Shown here: positions 8,128 to 17,898 of the stretch, in pieces
Layout of the letters: the number at the start of each line of letters is the position of its first letter
Position numbering within the stretch: position 1 is the stretch's first letter
Assembly: GCA_028711065.1 (NCBI GenBank)
Contig: JAQTSY010000007.1
Coordinates: 1 to 50,872, forward strand
Direction of reading: 5' to 3'
DNA from: Minisyncoccota bacterium
Lineage (GTDB): Bacteria > Patescibacteriota > Minisyncoccia > Phycocordibacterales > JAQTLZ01
Length of the DNA stretch: 50,872 nt
Translations under genes and position numbers: made by a program
Notes under the pieces: model-generated
The model's input: only the letters and a program-made list of their open reading frames with translations
The model's database searches: none
What the model was told of the DNA's origin: nothing

Positions 8128-8935
8128 GTTTTCTTCATGTACTATAGCCTTTCTTCTAACGCTTCTGTTTTCTCACAATTTCGTTTTTGCGCTTGCCGAT
8201 CTTCCGGTTTCCATTACAGAGATCATGTACGATTTGAAAGGGGGAAGCGATACGGGTCGGGAATGGGTGGAAATACAAAATAGGGGAGATGTTTCCATTT
8301 CGCTTTCTGGATTTAGGCTCCTTGATTCGACGAAAGAAGTTTTGGAGAATCACGAGCCTCTGAAGCCGATTCAAGGCGGGAGCACTATTCCCGCTCATGG
8401 ATACGCTGTCATCGCATCAGACTCAAAGAAGTTTTTAGCTGATAATCCGGGATTTTCGGGAATACTTTTTTCTTCCTCTTTTTCTCTTTCAAACACGGGA
8501 GAGATTTTGGTTTTAAAGGATAAAGTAGGGAATGAGATAGACAGAATTCTTTACATGCCTTCCTGGGGAGGAGCGGGGGATGGAAATTCTATTCAAAGTT
8601 TTTCGGACGGATGGAGAGCCGGCGCACCTTCTCCGGGTGGAGCTGAGAAAATCTTGCCGCCAACTCCCGCTCCTTTGGTAGTTGCTAAATCGATTACAAC
8701 GCCTAGACCTTTTTCCGTCGCTCCTTCTCCAGAAAAAAATACATCTGGTTCTCAGGTTTCAACACCTTCTATCGATTCATCTCTTGCGTCCCTACAAAGT
8801 TCTGGGGTTGTAGAAAGACCCAGTTCTTTGAAATGGATTTTGGGGTTTATCGGATTTCTCGTGCTTGTGATTGTCGCGTTTCTGTTTGTCTCGAAAAATA
8901 AAAATCCAATTGATGAAATAAAGATTATAGAGTAA
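8120..8935 (+). CDS. Lamin-tail-domain surface protein with C-terminal TM anchor
   Basis: ITEIMYD, EWVEIQN, SLSNTGEILVLKD..IDRILY, PSPG; signal peptide after ATG 8120; C-terminal TM. Confidence 0.82.
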   Translation: MRKFSSCTIAFLLTLLFSHNFVFALADLPVSITEIMYDLKGGSDTGREWVEIQNRGDVSISLSGFRLLDSTKEVLENHEPLKPIQGGSTIPAHGYAVIASDSKKFLADNPGFSGILFSSSFSLSNTGEILVLKDKVGNEIDRILYMPSWGGAGDGNSIQSFSDGWRAGAPSPGGAEKILPPTPAPLVVAKSITTPRPFSVAPSPEKNTSGSQVSTPSIDSSLASLQSSGVVERPSSLKWILGFIGFLVLVIVAFLFVSKNKNPIDEIKIIE

Positions 8936-8946
8936 TATTTTTTGTC

Positions 8947-9324
8947 ATGGCGAAAATAATAAGATATTTAATATCAGGAGGAATCGCGACAGGAGTCGAT
9001 CTTTTCCTTCTTTTCCTTTTTAAAAGCATTTTTCATTTTTGGTATCTTCTCTCGGCAATACTGGCCTTTCTTGTCGCGTTTGGAGTCAGTTTCTCTCTTC
9101 AAAAATTCTGGACGTTCGGTGACAGCTCGACCCATCTTTTAAAATCCCAAATGGGCGTCTATTTTTTAATTACAGCCTGTAATCTTGGACTCAACACACT
9201 TTTCATGTATCTTTTTGTAGATATTTTGGGAATTCAATATCTTATCTCGCAAATAATAGCCTCCACCCTCATAGCTTTTGAGAGTTATTTCATATACGGA
9301 AGATTCGTTTTTGAAAAAAAATAA
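8947..9324 (+). CDS. GtrA family membrane protein
   Basis: IIRYLISGGIATGVD, SFSLQKFWTF, four TMs, ~125 aa. Confidence 0.88.
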   Translation: MAKIIRYLISGGIATGVDLFLLFLFKSIFHFWYLLSAILAFLVAFGVSFSLQKFWTFGDSSTHLLKSQMGVYFLITACNLGLNTLFMYLFVDILGIQYLISQIIASTLIAFESYFIYGRFVFEKK

Positions 9325-9357
9325 AGAGGGACTCCGTTACGAAGTTTCCTCTTTTTG
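9324..9357. terminator. Probable bidirectional terminator between GtrA and HD gene
   Basis: AAAGAGGGA...TTTCCTCTTT imperfect hairpin between convergent genes. Confidence 0.55.
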
Positions 9358-9371
9358 TTTCCTTTTGATGT

Positions 9372-10076
9372 TCATATTTCCAAGCCTTCCAGGCCGGTTT
9401 CTTCATATTGCCGTTTGATCGTTGCCAGGAACAGGCGTAAGAAGTCAAAATAAGGTTTCCCCAACAGCTTCGCAGTGTGAGTGCGTAACCCGAATTTTGC
9501 CCCGCTTTCCCATTCAAGCGAGAATGCAATATCGTCTCGGCAGGAGCGCGGCTGTCGAAACGTGCTCTCCGGGTTTCCACTCAAGTATTGCACTTCAACC
9601 GCTGGGATATGCGGGTAAAGCTGGCCAGAACGGATGATAAGGCAAGCTCCAATGTTAGCAAGCCTGTCCGCATCCTGGAGCACAATTTTGACCTCGCTGT
9701 CCTGTTCCCTGTTGGGGCCGCTGTGTTCCCGTACAGCTTGCAGGATTGTCCCAATTTCTATTTCAGTAAAATATCCTACCGGTAGAAGTCCCAACAGCCT
9801 CTTCAGGATACTCTCTGTTTCGACTCCTGCAAGACGGTCAATGCTGTGAATCATTGCGGCCACCCAAGCCATTTCTGTTACGCGGGTTTTCTTGCCCTGA
9901 ATCAGGATGACATATCCGGCAACTAGGACATCATGGTCGATACCATGCCCCTGGTTGCCTTTCCTCTGTCTTTCCATTTCCAGGTGAAAATCCTTTACTC
10001 CACTGAACAGTTTGGCGAATCTCTCCTGGTACAGGTGAAAAATTTGCCGCACATCTGTGCTTTTCAGTTTTCTCAA
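9372..10076 (-). CDS. HD-fold protein with HS in place of HD; SD-led orphan
   Basis: GHGIDH, AAMIHSIDR, AVREHS, LQDADRL spacing; TTG start with AGGAGG 6 nt upstream. Confidence 0.65.
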   Translation of the reverse strand: MRKLKSTDVRQIFHLYQERFAKLFSGVKDFHLEMERQRKGNQGHGIDHDVLVAGYVILIQGKKTRVTEMAWVAAMIHSIDRLAGVETESILKRLLGLLPVGYFTEIEIGTILQAVREHSGPNREQDSEVKIVLQDADRLANIGACLIIRSGQLYPHIPAVEVQYLSGNPESTFRQPRSCRDDIAFSLEWESGAKFGLRTHTAKLLGKPYFDFLRLFLATIKRQYEETGLEGLEI

Positions 10077-10124
10077 TCACCACCTCCTATCGTAGTTGGT
10101 TTATGACACGCTGACACTTTCTTT

Positions 10125-10153
10125 ACGATAGCAGTACTTTAGTAAAAAGTCAA
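10125..10153 (-). promoter_or_regulatory. sigma70 promoter of HD gene
   Basis: TTGACT-17-TATCGT with TG extension. Confidence 0.65.
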
Positions 10154-10179
10154 ATATTTACTTCCGAATGAGGAAATTG

Positions 10180-10932
10180 TTAAGGAAAGAGTGCTCTCAA
10201 TTTCCACTTCAAAAGAGCGAGAGAAAAGCCTGGATAATACTTTTTATTTTTCTTTACGACTAAAAAACTGTTTCGTATCTGTTCGATGTTTTTTGTTTTT
10301 GTAATTCCTGAATTGTTAATTCGATACTTTACGGCGAAGTCGGGAAGATTTGCGAATTTTCCTTTTTGTCCCATTCGAAGCCAAAGGCCATAGTCTTCGA
10401 CATATTTTTCGTTTTTGTCATAAAGACCACATTCAATTGCAATATTTTTTCGAAACAGAACGCTTGAATTTAAAAACCCGTTTTTAATCAGTATTCTGTT
10501 TCGCAGGCTTTTATCTGAAAGGGGATAGCGAAGTGAGAAAAGCACTTTTTCATTCTCATCTATTGCGTAGGCATTGGTGCCGATGAGGTTGTAGTCTCCA
10601 TGACTCTCTAGAAATGCGACCTGTTTTTTTAATTTCCCCGTGTCGTTCCAGAAATCATCATCATCAAGCATTGCTATGTATTCTCCTTGCGCTTTAGTGA
10701 CGCCTTCGGTTCTTGTCTCCAAAATATGTATATTCTTTGGATGGCGAATATAATGTATGCGATTATCAGAGAGATATTTCTGCACCGCAGATTCCGTATT
10801 ATCTGTCGAATTATCGTCAATAATAATTATTTCCCAATCTCTATATGATTGGGCAAGAACGCTCTCGATCGCTCTTTCTAAATAATGCACCCGATTATAG
10901 GTTGCGATAATGACGCTGACTTTCGGTTTCAT
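10180..10932 (-). CDS. Glycosyltransferase family 2
   Basis: VSVIIATYNR, IIDDNSTD, AMLDDDD, EDYGLWLR. Confidence 0.92.
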   Translation of the reverse strand: MKPKVSVIIATYNRVHYLERAIESVLAQSYRDWEIIIIDDNSTDNTESAVQKYLSDNRIHYIRHPKNIHILETRTEGVTKAQGEYIAMLDDDDFWNDTGKLKKQVAFLESHGDYNLIGTNAYAIDENEKVLFSLRYPLSDKSLRNRILIKNGFLNSSVLFRKNIAIECGLYDKNEKYVEDYGLWLRMGQKGKFANLPDFAVKYRINNSGITKTKNIEQIRNSFLVVKKNKKYYPGFSLALLKWKLRALFP

Positions 10933-11786
10933 ATGTTTTGTATTTGTATCCAGTTTCTGGGTATCACGTTATCCGCTTTCTTACTGGAGGTCCATTGCGT
11001 CGGCGCAATAACTATTTTATGAAGATTTTGATTGAGCCATGCTCCCCAGAAGCTGAAAGAGCTGTTTGCGATGATGTTGTGTTTACAAAGCGACATAAGG
11101 ATTATTTCTTCAGCATCGCCAATTTTCGCTTCACCGGAGACGTAAGTAATATCTGAGTTTAATCCCAGCATATTTTCTGCACTTTTTTTGTCGTCAGAGA
11201 AGATAAAGAAATGGGGATTTGGCAGTTTTTCTTTTATCAGTTTGATAGCTTTTTTATAGTAATCGGGAGAACAAGTGCCGTGGTGTTGTTTTGTTTTAGT
11301 ATCAGATACGTAATCTCCTCTGCGTATATGCAGACTGACGGCATCTTTCGTCTGTATTTCTTTTAACATATTTTCCGCTCCGGAGGTGAAAGGAGATCTT
11401 AAAGTGAACTCCTTTTTAATGATATCGCCTATATTTTGAAAGTATTTCTCATTTTGCCAAAAGCCTTCGAGATACAGACTTTCTCTTGATTTGGCTCTTG
11501 ATGGTAGAGGATCATCAAAATGCCGAAACACTTTAGTTCGTATCAGGCGAGCCAGAGTTTGAAATCCTTTCGCTCGTGCTCCTCCAATTTCTTTCTCCTT
11601 TGCGATACTTGCGGTGATATTAAATTGATTGAGTTCAAATGAACGGGGTGTATCGCTTGGAGGGAGGTTTGTAAACCACTCAAGATCGATTTTAAGATCA
11701 GTACCAAGTTTTGTTGCCGCCGCTTTTCCTGCTGCGTATTGAAACATTTGGTTGCCCAATCCTCCTTTGAGTTTAATGATGATCAT
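10929..11786 (-). CDS. Alpha-1,2-fucosyltransferase-like (GT11)
   Basis: GGLGNQMFQYA, LEGFWQNEKYF, SLHIRRGDY, ANSSFSFWGAWL. Confidence 0.92.
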   Translation of the reverse strand: MIIIKLKGGLGNQMFQYAAGKAAATKLGTDLKIDLEWFTNLPPSDTPRSFELNQFNITASIAKEKEIGGARAKGFQTLARLIRTKVFRHFDDPLPSRAKSRESLYLEGFWQNEKYFQNIGDIIKKEFTLRSPFTSGAENMLKEIQTKDAVSLHIRRGDYVSDTKTKQHHGTCSPDYYKKAIKLIKEKLPNPHFFIFSDDKKSAENMLGLNSDITYVSGEAKIGDAEEIILMSLCKHNIIANSSFSFWGAWLNQNLHKIVIAPTQWTSSKKADNVIPRNWIQIQNI

Positions 11787-11792
11787 TGTCTT

Positions 11793-12761
11793 TTAAAATA
11801 AGTTTAAACCCTTTCTAACCCAATGCTTTAAGATACTTAAAGAGATGTAATATGCTTTGTAGTATATTTTGCCGTTTTTCCAATTTTTTCCCTCAACCTG
11901 GCTCTCAAATCTGATTTCCTCCCGGTATTTTTTTTGAAAATACTTCTCGTAAAGAAATAAAAAATCTTGCGCTTGTTTCTCTAAGTTTAGATTTTCCAGG
12001 ATATATTGTCGGGGTGAGAATCTTGAAAGGCCGGACTCCATTTTCATTACAGCTTCTTCTAATTCAGATTCATTTTCTATCTTTAAGCCACATCTCGGAT
12101 CAAAATAAAATGCAGCGGTTGCTTTGGGAAGATCCCATACTAATATTGGTACATCAGCTGAAAGCGCTTCTTCCAAGGCGATTCCCTGGCTTTCTTCCTT
12201 ACCGAGCCAGATAATGTATTTTGTCTCTTCTAAAAGGCTTTTATAGAGATTTTCTTTGTAGGAGCCGTAACGAATTGTTTTATATTCGATATTCTTTCCT
12301 TTAAGAATATTTTCAATTTTTTCCAGGTCTTTTTTGGGGCGATGCTTCGTGTAGAGTAAGACGAATTTCTTCTCTTTTTTTGATGGTTTAAATTCATTTG
12401 TGTCTATACCAACTGGCCAGTAATCAATGTGAGATCGGCGGTATCCTCTTCTTATCCAAATATCCCGAGCTGAAGGGGAAGGGTGGATATAAAGTATTTT
12501 CGACAGATCAAGGTCTTTTGGTATTTCTTCTGGAAATATATAAAGATTGGGTCCTGCGATGACAGAGACATTTTTCACGCTGACTGCTTCTTTAAGTGCT
12601 TCTCTATCATCCTGTATCCACAGCATATTTGAAGACTCGAGCGCCTTGTTTAAGGAATAAGGATACCCGAGCTTTTGTAAGCCTTTGATGAGATTTTCTA
12701 CTACTTTCTTTGGGCCCGATGTATAAGGCGAAAGAATTGATTTGGATATAATGTTTAGCAT
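11793..12761 (-). CDS. GT-B fold glycosyltransferase (GT4-like)
   Basis: WPVGID, ESQGIALEEALSADVPILV nucleotide-sugar-binding motif. Confidence 0.72.
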   Translation of the reverse strand: MLNIISKSILSPYTSGPKKVVENLIKGLQKLGYPYSLNKALESSNMLWIQDDREALKEAVSVKNVSVIAGPNLYIFPEEIPKDLDLSKILYIHPSPSARDIWIRRGYRRSHIDYWPVGIDTNEFKPSKKEKKFVLLYTKHRPKKDLEKIENILKGKNIEYKTIRYGSYKENLYKSLLEETKYIIWLGKEESQGIALEEALSADVPILVWDLPKATAAFYFDPRCGLKIENESELEEAVMKMESGLSRFSPRQYILENLNLEKQAQDFLFLYEKYFQKKYREEIRFESQVEGKNWKNGKIYYKAYYISLSILKHWVRKGLNLF

Positions 12762-12762
12762 T

Positions 12763-13578
12763 TTACTTGAAAAGCCGAACGAAGAATCTATATACAGCGG
12801 GATTTTTTCTTATAAGAGAAACTAGTTGGAATCTGATCCAGGCTTTGATGAATTTAACTCTCGACCAGATTCGATACAATAGGGGACGATGATATTTCCG
12901 GCCAATCTCAAAAGTCTCCCGCCACGCCCTGCTAAAGTGTTTTCGAAGCAGTGCTTCTGCTCTCACTTCATACACTGCGCTTATGATTGGAAGTTTAATA
13001 TAATTTCGCGACTCTCTAAAAAGACGTATCCAAAGATCGTAATCCGCAAGCAGAAGTAAATCTGTATTGATTCCCCCAGCTTTTTCATAGAGAGACTTGG
13101 TATAAAAAATTGATTCGGGTATGAATTTATTACCGGAATTCCGGAGTAATTCGTAAGAAATTTTTTTTGTCTTTCTTACCTGAAATCTCTCGGATCCCTC
13201 ATGATGATTCAGACTATCGGTCAAGACAATTTCCACTCCAGGATTTTCCCTGAAGGCTTTGGCTACCTTCTCAATCACGTCATTTGAATAATAGTAATTG
13301 TCCGAATCAAGCCATGTTATAACCTCGCCCGTGGCCATGTTGAGCCCCTTTCGGAGTGCGTCGATTTGTCCCTTGTCCTTTTCAGAAATGAACTTTATTT
13401 TTTCTCCATATTTCTTTACGATTTCGGCTGTCCCGTCGGAAGAGCTTCCGTCCATAACTATATATTCTATATTCGGATACGTTTGATCAATAACGCTTCT
13501 CAGACACTTTTCGATGTATGAGGCGCTATTGTACGAAGGAGTAATTATAGAAATCTTCGGTCCAGTAGACTCATTCAT
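12763..13578 (-). CDS. Glycosyltransferase family 2
   Basis: ISIITPSYNS, DGSSSDGT, WLDSDN, ADYDLWIR. Confidence 0.9.
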   Translation of the reverse strand: MNESTGPKISIITPSYNSASYIEKCLRSVIDQTYPNIEYIVMDGSSSDGTAEIVKKYGEKIKFISEKDKGQIDALRKGLNMATGEVITWLDSDNYYYSNDVIEKVAKAFRENPGVEIVLTDSLNHHEGSERFQVRKTKKISYELLRNSGNKFIPESIFYTKSLYEKAGGINTDLLLLADYDLWIRLFRESRNYIKLPIISAVYEVRAEALLRKHFSRAWRETFEIGRKYHRPLLYRIWSRVKFIKAWIRFQLVSLIRKNPAVYRFFVRLFK

Positions 13579-14765
13579 ATCATTGAATTATATAAAGATA
13601 TATAGTTTTCTACCATTTGTTCCAACCTAAACTTCTCGTGTACCTTGGTCACTGCGGCGAGTGACATTTTTTTGTATTCCTCGGGAGATAGATTAAGGAG
13701 AAAATCAAGACCTTTTTGTAAATCTTCTGTATTTTCATAGTCTGCAACGTAGCCTTCTTTTAGATGGCCTACAAGTTCCGGAAGTGCACCTGTATTGAAC
13801 GTGACAACTGGGGTACCGCAAGCCATTGATTCGGCTACTACCAACCCGAACGACTCGGCCAATGATGGGTAAAGAAATATATCGGCAGCAGCGTAATAAG
13901 CAGTAAGAAGTTTTCGATCCTTTGTTTTTTGAATGACCAGAGTATTGTCTAGCTTCACTGAAAAATCTTCTTCTGTGCCTCCAATAAAAACAAATACTAT
14001 ATCCTGCCTATTTTGGTATCGGCTGGCTATTTCTTCGACATATTTCCAGCCTTTATATTTATTGTGTTTCGGACTCTCTCCCACAAAGAGAACTATCTTT
14101 TTATTGAGGGGAAGATGAGTGATTTCTCTAGCCTCATTCTTTGGCATCGGCTGAAAGATGGAAGTATCAATACCGTTGTAGATTAAGTGAAGTTTTTTAT
14201 CCGACAAGACACTTTTCTCCACTTTTTCTTTCATCCACTTTGAAGGTACTGTGATATCGAAATCTGCCGACTCATAGATATCCCTTTTTCTCTTGATAAG
14301 TCTTTTCTCGTTATGCCAGAGGATTCTCGGGTAGAGATCCATGCTTGGGCATGTGTAAAATCCATCTTTTAGCTTTCCGCCAAAGGCATGGGCGCAGTGG
14401 GGAGTCATCGTCCACATGTCGTGAAGAGTCCAAATAAGTGGTTTTCTTTCCGCCATCTTTTTTAAAGTGTCGAGATTAAAATAAAAACCATGGAGATTGT
14501 GGCAGTGAATCACGTCGGCCGCTTTGAACTCTGGCGTTTCCATAATCCAGTCCGTATTGAACAATCGAGTATCATCAGCAATGATATAAGAAATATATCG
14601 ATGAACAGTTCTTGGAATGAGAAAAACATTTGGATCATTGGTGAATTTATCTGCGACAAACATTGAATTTTTAATTTTTCTTTTGTCGAGAGCCTCTTTG
14701 ATTGCCCAAGAAATAGCGGAGGCCCCACCCGACCTATCTATTGTGCCGATTTGAAGGATGTTCAT
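13575..14765 (-). CDS. Glycosyltransferase family 4 (WcaC-like)
   Basis: HCHNLHG, WTLHDMW, PSKW, YNGIDT, ESFGLVVAESMACGTPVV. Confidence 0.9.
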   Translation of the reverse strand: MNILQIGTIDRSGGASAISWAIKEALDKRKIKNSMFVADKFTNDPNVFLIPRTVHRYISYIIADDTRLFNTDWIMETPEFKAADVIHCHNLHGFYFNLDTLKKMAERKPLIWTLHDMWTMTPHCAHAFGGKLKDGFYTCPSMDLYPRILWHNEKRLIKRKRDIYESADFDITVPSKWMKEKVEKSVLSDKKLHLIYNGIDTSIFQPMPKNEAREITHLPLNKKIVLFVGESPKHNKYKGWKYVEEIASRYQNRQDIVFVFIGGTEEDFSVKLDNTLVIQKTKDRKLLTAYYAAADIFLYPSLAESFGLVVAESMACGTPVVTFNTGALPELVGHLKEGYVADYENTEDLQKGLDFLLNLSPEEYKKMSLAAVTKVHEKFRLEQMVENYISLYNSMI

Positions 14766-15805
14766 ATTTTTAAGAGTGATTTCAAGAGTAATTTATATTG
14801 GAGCTGATTTCGAATGGGATTTCCCGAGAGTGGGGAACAAACGTATTCTTTCCAAAGCTTCAGTCCCGGTTTTCTTATTGAAAGAAAAGATTCAATCCAG
14901 ATACGTTCGATTTCATTTTTTACTGTCTTTGGGGACAGGGAATTATGATTATTGGCGATAACACATTTGTAAAGAGACATGAGCCAATCTTCTAGGTCTT
15001 TAAAATCAGACGGACGGTATCTTGTGTCATAGCCCGAGACAATAAATTTTTGTATCCCCATTTCGTCTTCATCCGGACGAATATTATAAGTCGCGAGCAA
15101 ATTCAAAGATGCTTTTAGGGTTGATTCAATCTGGTCGTCACGGTACAGCTTGCTTACTTGGGATTCATGTCGTCGATATAAAAGAAGGACTTTCGGAATA
15201 TTAACAATTTCTGCGTGTAAAATTACCCGAGTCCATAACTCATAATCTTCTGCGTGCGGGAATGCGAGGCTGTAAGTCAGATTTTTGTCTCGGAAAAGTT
15301 TTGTGCGCAAGATCACGCTTGGATGGGCAAGTGGGGAATTGAAAAGAAGTCTTGCTCGAGTTTCGTCCTTTTTTGCTCGGTATCTACCAATACTATTTGT
15401 GCCGAGTATTCTAATCCATGTCCCGCAAATACCAACTCGTGTATTCTTCTCCATATATTCTACCTGTTCTCTTATACGGTTAGGCAGCATTTTGTCATCT
15501 CCATCCATCCTCGCGATATAAGCCCCAGAAGCTATTCTAAGCCCTTCATTAAGCGATCTGATAAGGCCTTCATTTTTCTCGTGACAGATGACTTTAATTC
15601 GAGGATCGGAAAAGGACGAAATGACGTTTGAAGTCCTGTCTGCAGATCCGTCTTCAATGATCAAAAATTCTATATTTTCGTACGTTTGATCAAGAACGCT
15701 TTGCATAGCTTCCTTAAGAAATTTTTCACAGTTATAAACTGGCATCAAAACTGTGACGAGCGGCAAGGGCTTATCTTCAGTCTGTTTTATTAAGGGTGAA
15801 GGCAT
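14762..15805 (-). CDS. Glycosyltransferase family 2
   Basis: VTVLMPVYN, IARMDGDD, LAHPSVI, AEDYELW; start at MPSP (15805) inferred. Confidence 0.88.
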   Translation of the reverse strand: MPSPLIKQTEDKPLPLVTVLMPVYNCEKFLKEAMQSVLDQTYENIEFLIIEDGSADRTSNVISSFSDPRIKVICHEKNEGLIRSLNEGLRIASGAYIARMDGDDKMLPNRIREQVEYMEKNTRVGICGTWIRILGTNSIGRYRAKKDETRARLLFNSPLAHPSVILRTKLFRDKNLTYSLAFPHAEDYELWTRVILHAEIVNIPKVLLLYRRHESQVSKLYRDDQIESTLKASLNLLATYNIRPDEDEMGIQKFIVSGYDTRYRPSDFKDLEDWLMSLYKCVIANNHNSLSPKTVKNEIERIWIESFLSIRKPGLKLWKEYVCSPLSGNPIRNQLQYKLLLKSLLKI

Positions 15806-16881
15806 AATGATTCGAATTTCTCCGCAAGTTCTTCTGGGGATGTGGAAACAGGTATTTTTAAAATGGAGCAATCGGCACCCCTCACGAATCTCTGGATAGT
15901 GTTCGACATTGTCTGGAAATAGCCATCTATGTAGGCAAGTTCGTACGCCCCAAGCCGGCAGAGAAATTCTATTTCCGATGCCAGTTCATGATTGATGATC
16001 GAAAACATTCTTTGAGCGACCAACTCATTTTTGATCGGCTGGAGAGTCATATCTTTCCCTTCGTATCTTTCCAGAAAGACTATTTTTTTGATTTGGGCCC
16101 TTTCTGTGATCGCGTTCTCTCCAAAGATCTCGCTTATGGGCACCGATGCTTGGTCTTCGGGAAATGGCCAGGTGTTATACACTTTTTTATACAAGCCGGC
16201 TTTTTTTAGGATTTTTTTGGTGAGGTCAGTGAAAGGAGCATTTTTTCTGATGAATTCCAATAATGAAGGGATTATTTTCTTTTTGGAGTTTAGAAGATGA
16301 AGTTTTTCAAAAAGTTCTGGGTATATTGACTGATGATATGATTTTAAGACAAATGATCTGGGAAAAGAAAGACATTCACCGTCGCTCTTCGCTATAACTA
16401 TATCGTCACCGAGTGCTCGGTACTCTTTTTTTAGAAGATGCCCAAGGATGCTTGTTTTTCCGACCCCACCGGCACCAGGCAGAAGAAGCCCCCTTCCTTT
16501 TGAATCTACAATACAAGCAGCATGAATCATTGAATACCCTTCTTTTACAAGAATAAGCTGGATAAATGTATTAATGAGAAAATATCCACCGGTATAAATC
16601 GTATAGCCGGTTTCAGTCTTTTCTACGGCAAGCATTTTCGATTCATCCAACATCTCTTTTCCTTGTATCCCTTTTATTCCGTGAAAGATGGAGAACGTCT
16701 CTGTTCTGGGTTTCTTGTATTCGCTATAGGGTAAAACTGTAATCAAATAGGGAATATCTCTTTCGCTCTCTCCTAGAACAGAAAAATGTTCAATCTGAAA
16801 GTCGATCCCTTTCTTGGTCATTTTCGGTACTCCTTCCGAAACGGAAATCTTTATAAGATCATGGATAACATACTGTTTCAT
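15790..16881 (-). CDS. HprK-related P-loop kinase
   Basis: IHAACI, GAGGVGKTS Walker A, LGDD HprK/PEPCK-type motif. Confidence 0.7.
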   Translation of the reverse strand: MKQYVIHDLIKISVSEGVPKMTKKGIDFQIEHFSVLGESERDIPYLITVLPYSEYKKPRTETFSIFHGIKGIQGKEMLDESKMLAVEKTETGYTIYTGGYFLINTFIQLILVKEGYSMIHAACIVDSKGRGLLLPGAGGVGKTSILGHLLKKEYRALGDDIVIAKSDGECLSFPRSFVLKSYHQSIYPELFEKLHLLNSKKKIIPSLLEFIRKNAPFTDLTKKILKKAGLYKKVYNTWPFPEDQASVPISEIFGENAITERAQIKKIVFLERYEGKDMTLQPIKNELVAQRMFSIINHELASEIEFLCRLGAYELAYIDGYFQTMSNTIQRFVRGADCSILKIPVSTSPEELAEKFESLCLHP

Positions 16882-17882
16882 TTTGATATTTTTTTAATCG
16901 CTTCGTGAATATTTCTACAAAATGTCTCAATACTGAATTGGCTGTATTTATCTGAATGAATGAAATTCCAGCCATTTTTTCTGTACTCGTCATATTTTGG
17001 AGTCCCGACTACCGACTGGAGGTAGGTTACTAGTTCATCGAGCGAGCCGTAACTCGCAAAATTCACAAATGTATTTTCCGGCAAGGAATCTTTATAATCA
17101 GGCGGGGGAAGAAATATTGGAACAGTTCCTGTTGCCATGGAAATGAATATGTCGTATTCGTACATTCCCGGATTAACGGAGTTCTCTATAGCAAAGGTGA
17201 AATAGTGTTTCGAGAAGGCGTCGTTTTTATCATTTGCTAGTCCTTTATAAGCAGTAGTATAAAAAGGCGAGGGGGTCTTGTCGGTATTCCACCGGAATCC
17301 ATAAAGATCAAGCAGGTTATCGCCTCGTTTCTCAAAGTAACGGATGATATCTCTTCGAAGTGTGTAGAGTTCACCGAGCATGTCAGAGGTCTGATTAGAA
17401 TGTATCATGAGACAAAGATTTGTTTTCGGATTGTCTTTATATTTCGGATAAGCGTTTTGGTCGAAACCAACCGGCACCTTGTAATGCGTGAAAGGAGGAC
17501 CTTTTTTACAGAGTTCGGTGTTCCAGGTCAAGATTATTTTGAAAAAATGCTTGTACCACGAAAGATATTTCCATCCCCATGGATTCGCTACCGGCTGTTC
17601 CGTGAGTATGAGTATTACTTTTTTAAAGCTGATTCGGTGAAAGATCAAAAAAAGAAAGGTCTTTAAGATTGGATCTTGTACCAGCCAATAATCTGGTTCC
17701 TTACAATTTTTATATGTATCGTGGGTGTGAATTTCGATGCTTTTTTCTTTCAGGTAGTCTTTGAGAGCCATCCATCTATCCAATCGGTCATTTATAGTTG
17801 GGTTTTTTTGCAACTCCTCTTCTTTTTTGAAGATCGAATCGTTTTTGATGTTTCCCAATAAATTTATATAGGCAATCTTCAT
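16878..17882 (-). CDS. GT10-like glycosyltransferase with degenerate motif
   Basis: DLYG..W, YFTFAIENS, GTVPIF; start MKIAY at 17882 inferred. Confidence 0.65.
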   Translation of the reverse strand: MKIAYINLLGNIKNDSIFKKEEELQKNPTINDRLDRWMALKDYLKEKSIEIHTHDTYKNCKEPDYWLVQDPILKTFLFLIFHRISFKKVILILTEQPVANPWGWKYLSWYKHFFKIILTWNTELCKKGPPFTHYKVPVGFDQNAYPKYKDNPKTNLCLMIHSNQTSDMLGELYTLRRDIIRYFEKRGDNLLDLYGFRWNTDKTPSPFYTTAYKGLANDKNDAFSKHYFTFAIENSVNPGMYEYDIFISMATGTVPIFLPPPDYKDSLPENTFVNFASYGSLDELVTYLQSVVGTPKYDEYRKNGWNFIHSDKYSQFSIETFCRNIHEAIKKISK

Positions 17883-17898
17883 GGATAACTCTTTTTTC

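Noticed and set aside
10104-10122. TGACAC x2 in the HD leader as a second site for the HTH protein
   Set aside because: 8-bp rather than 10-bp spacing, and the core resembles a generic -35; too weak.
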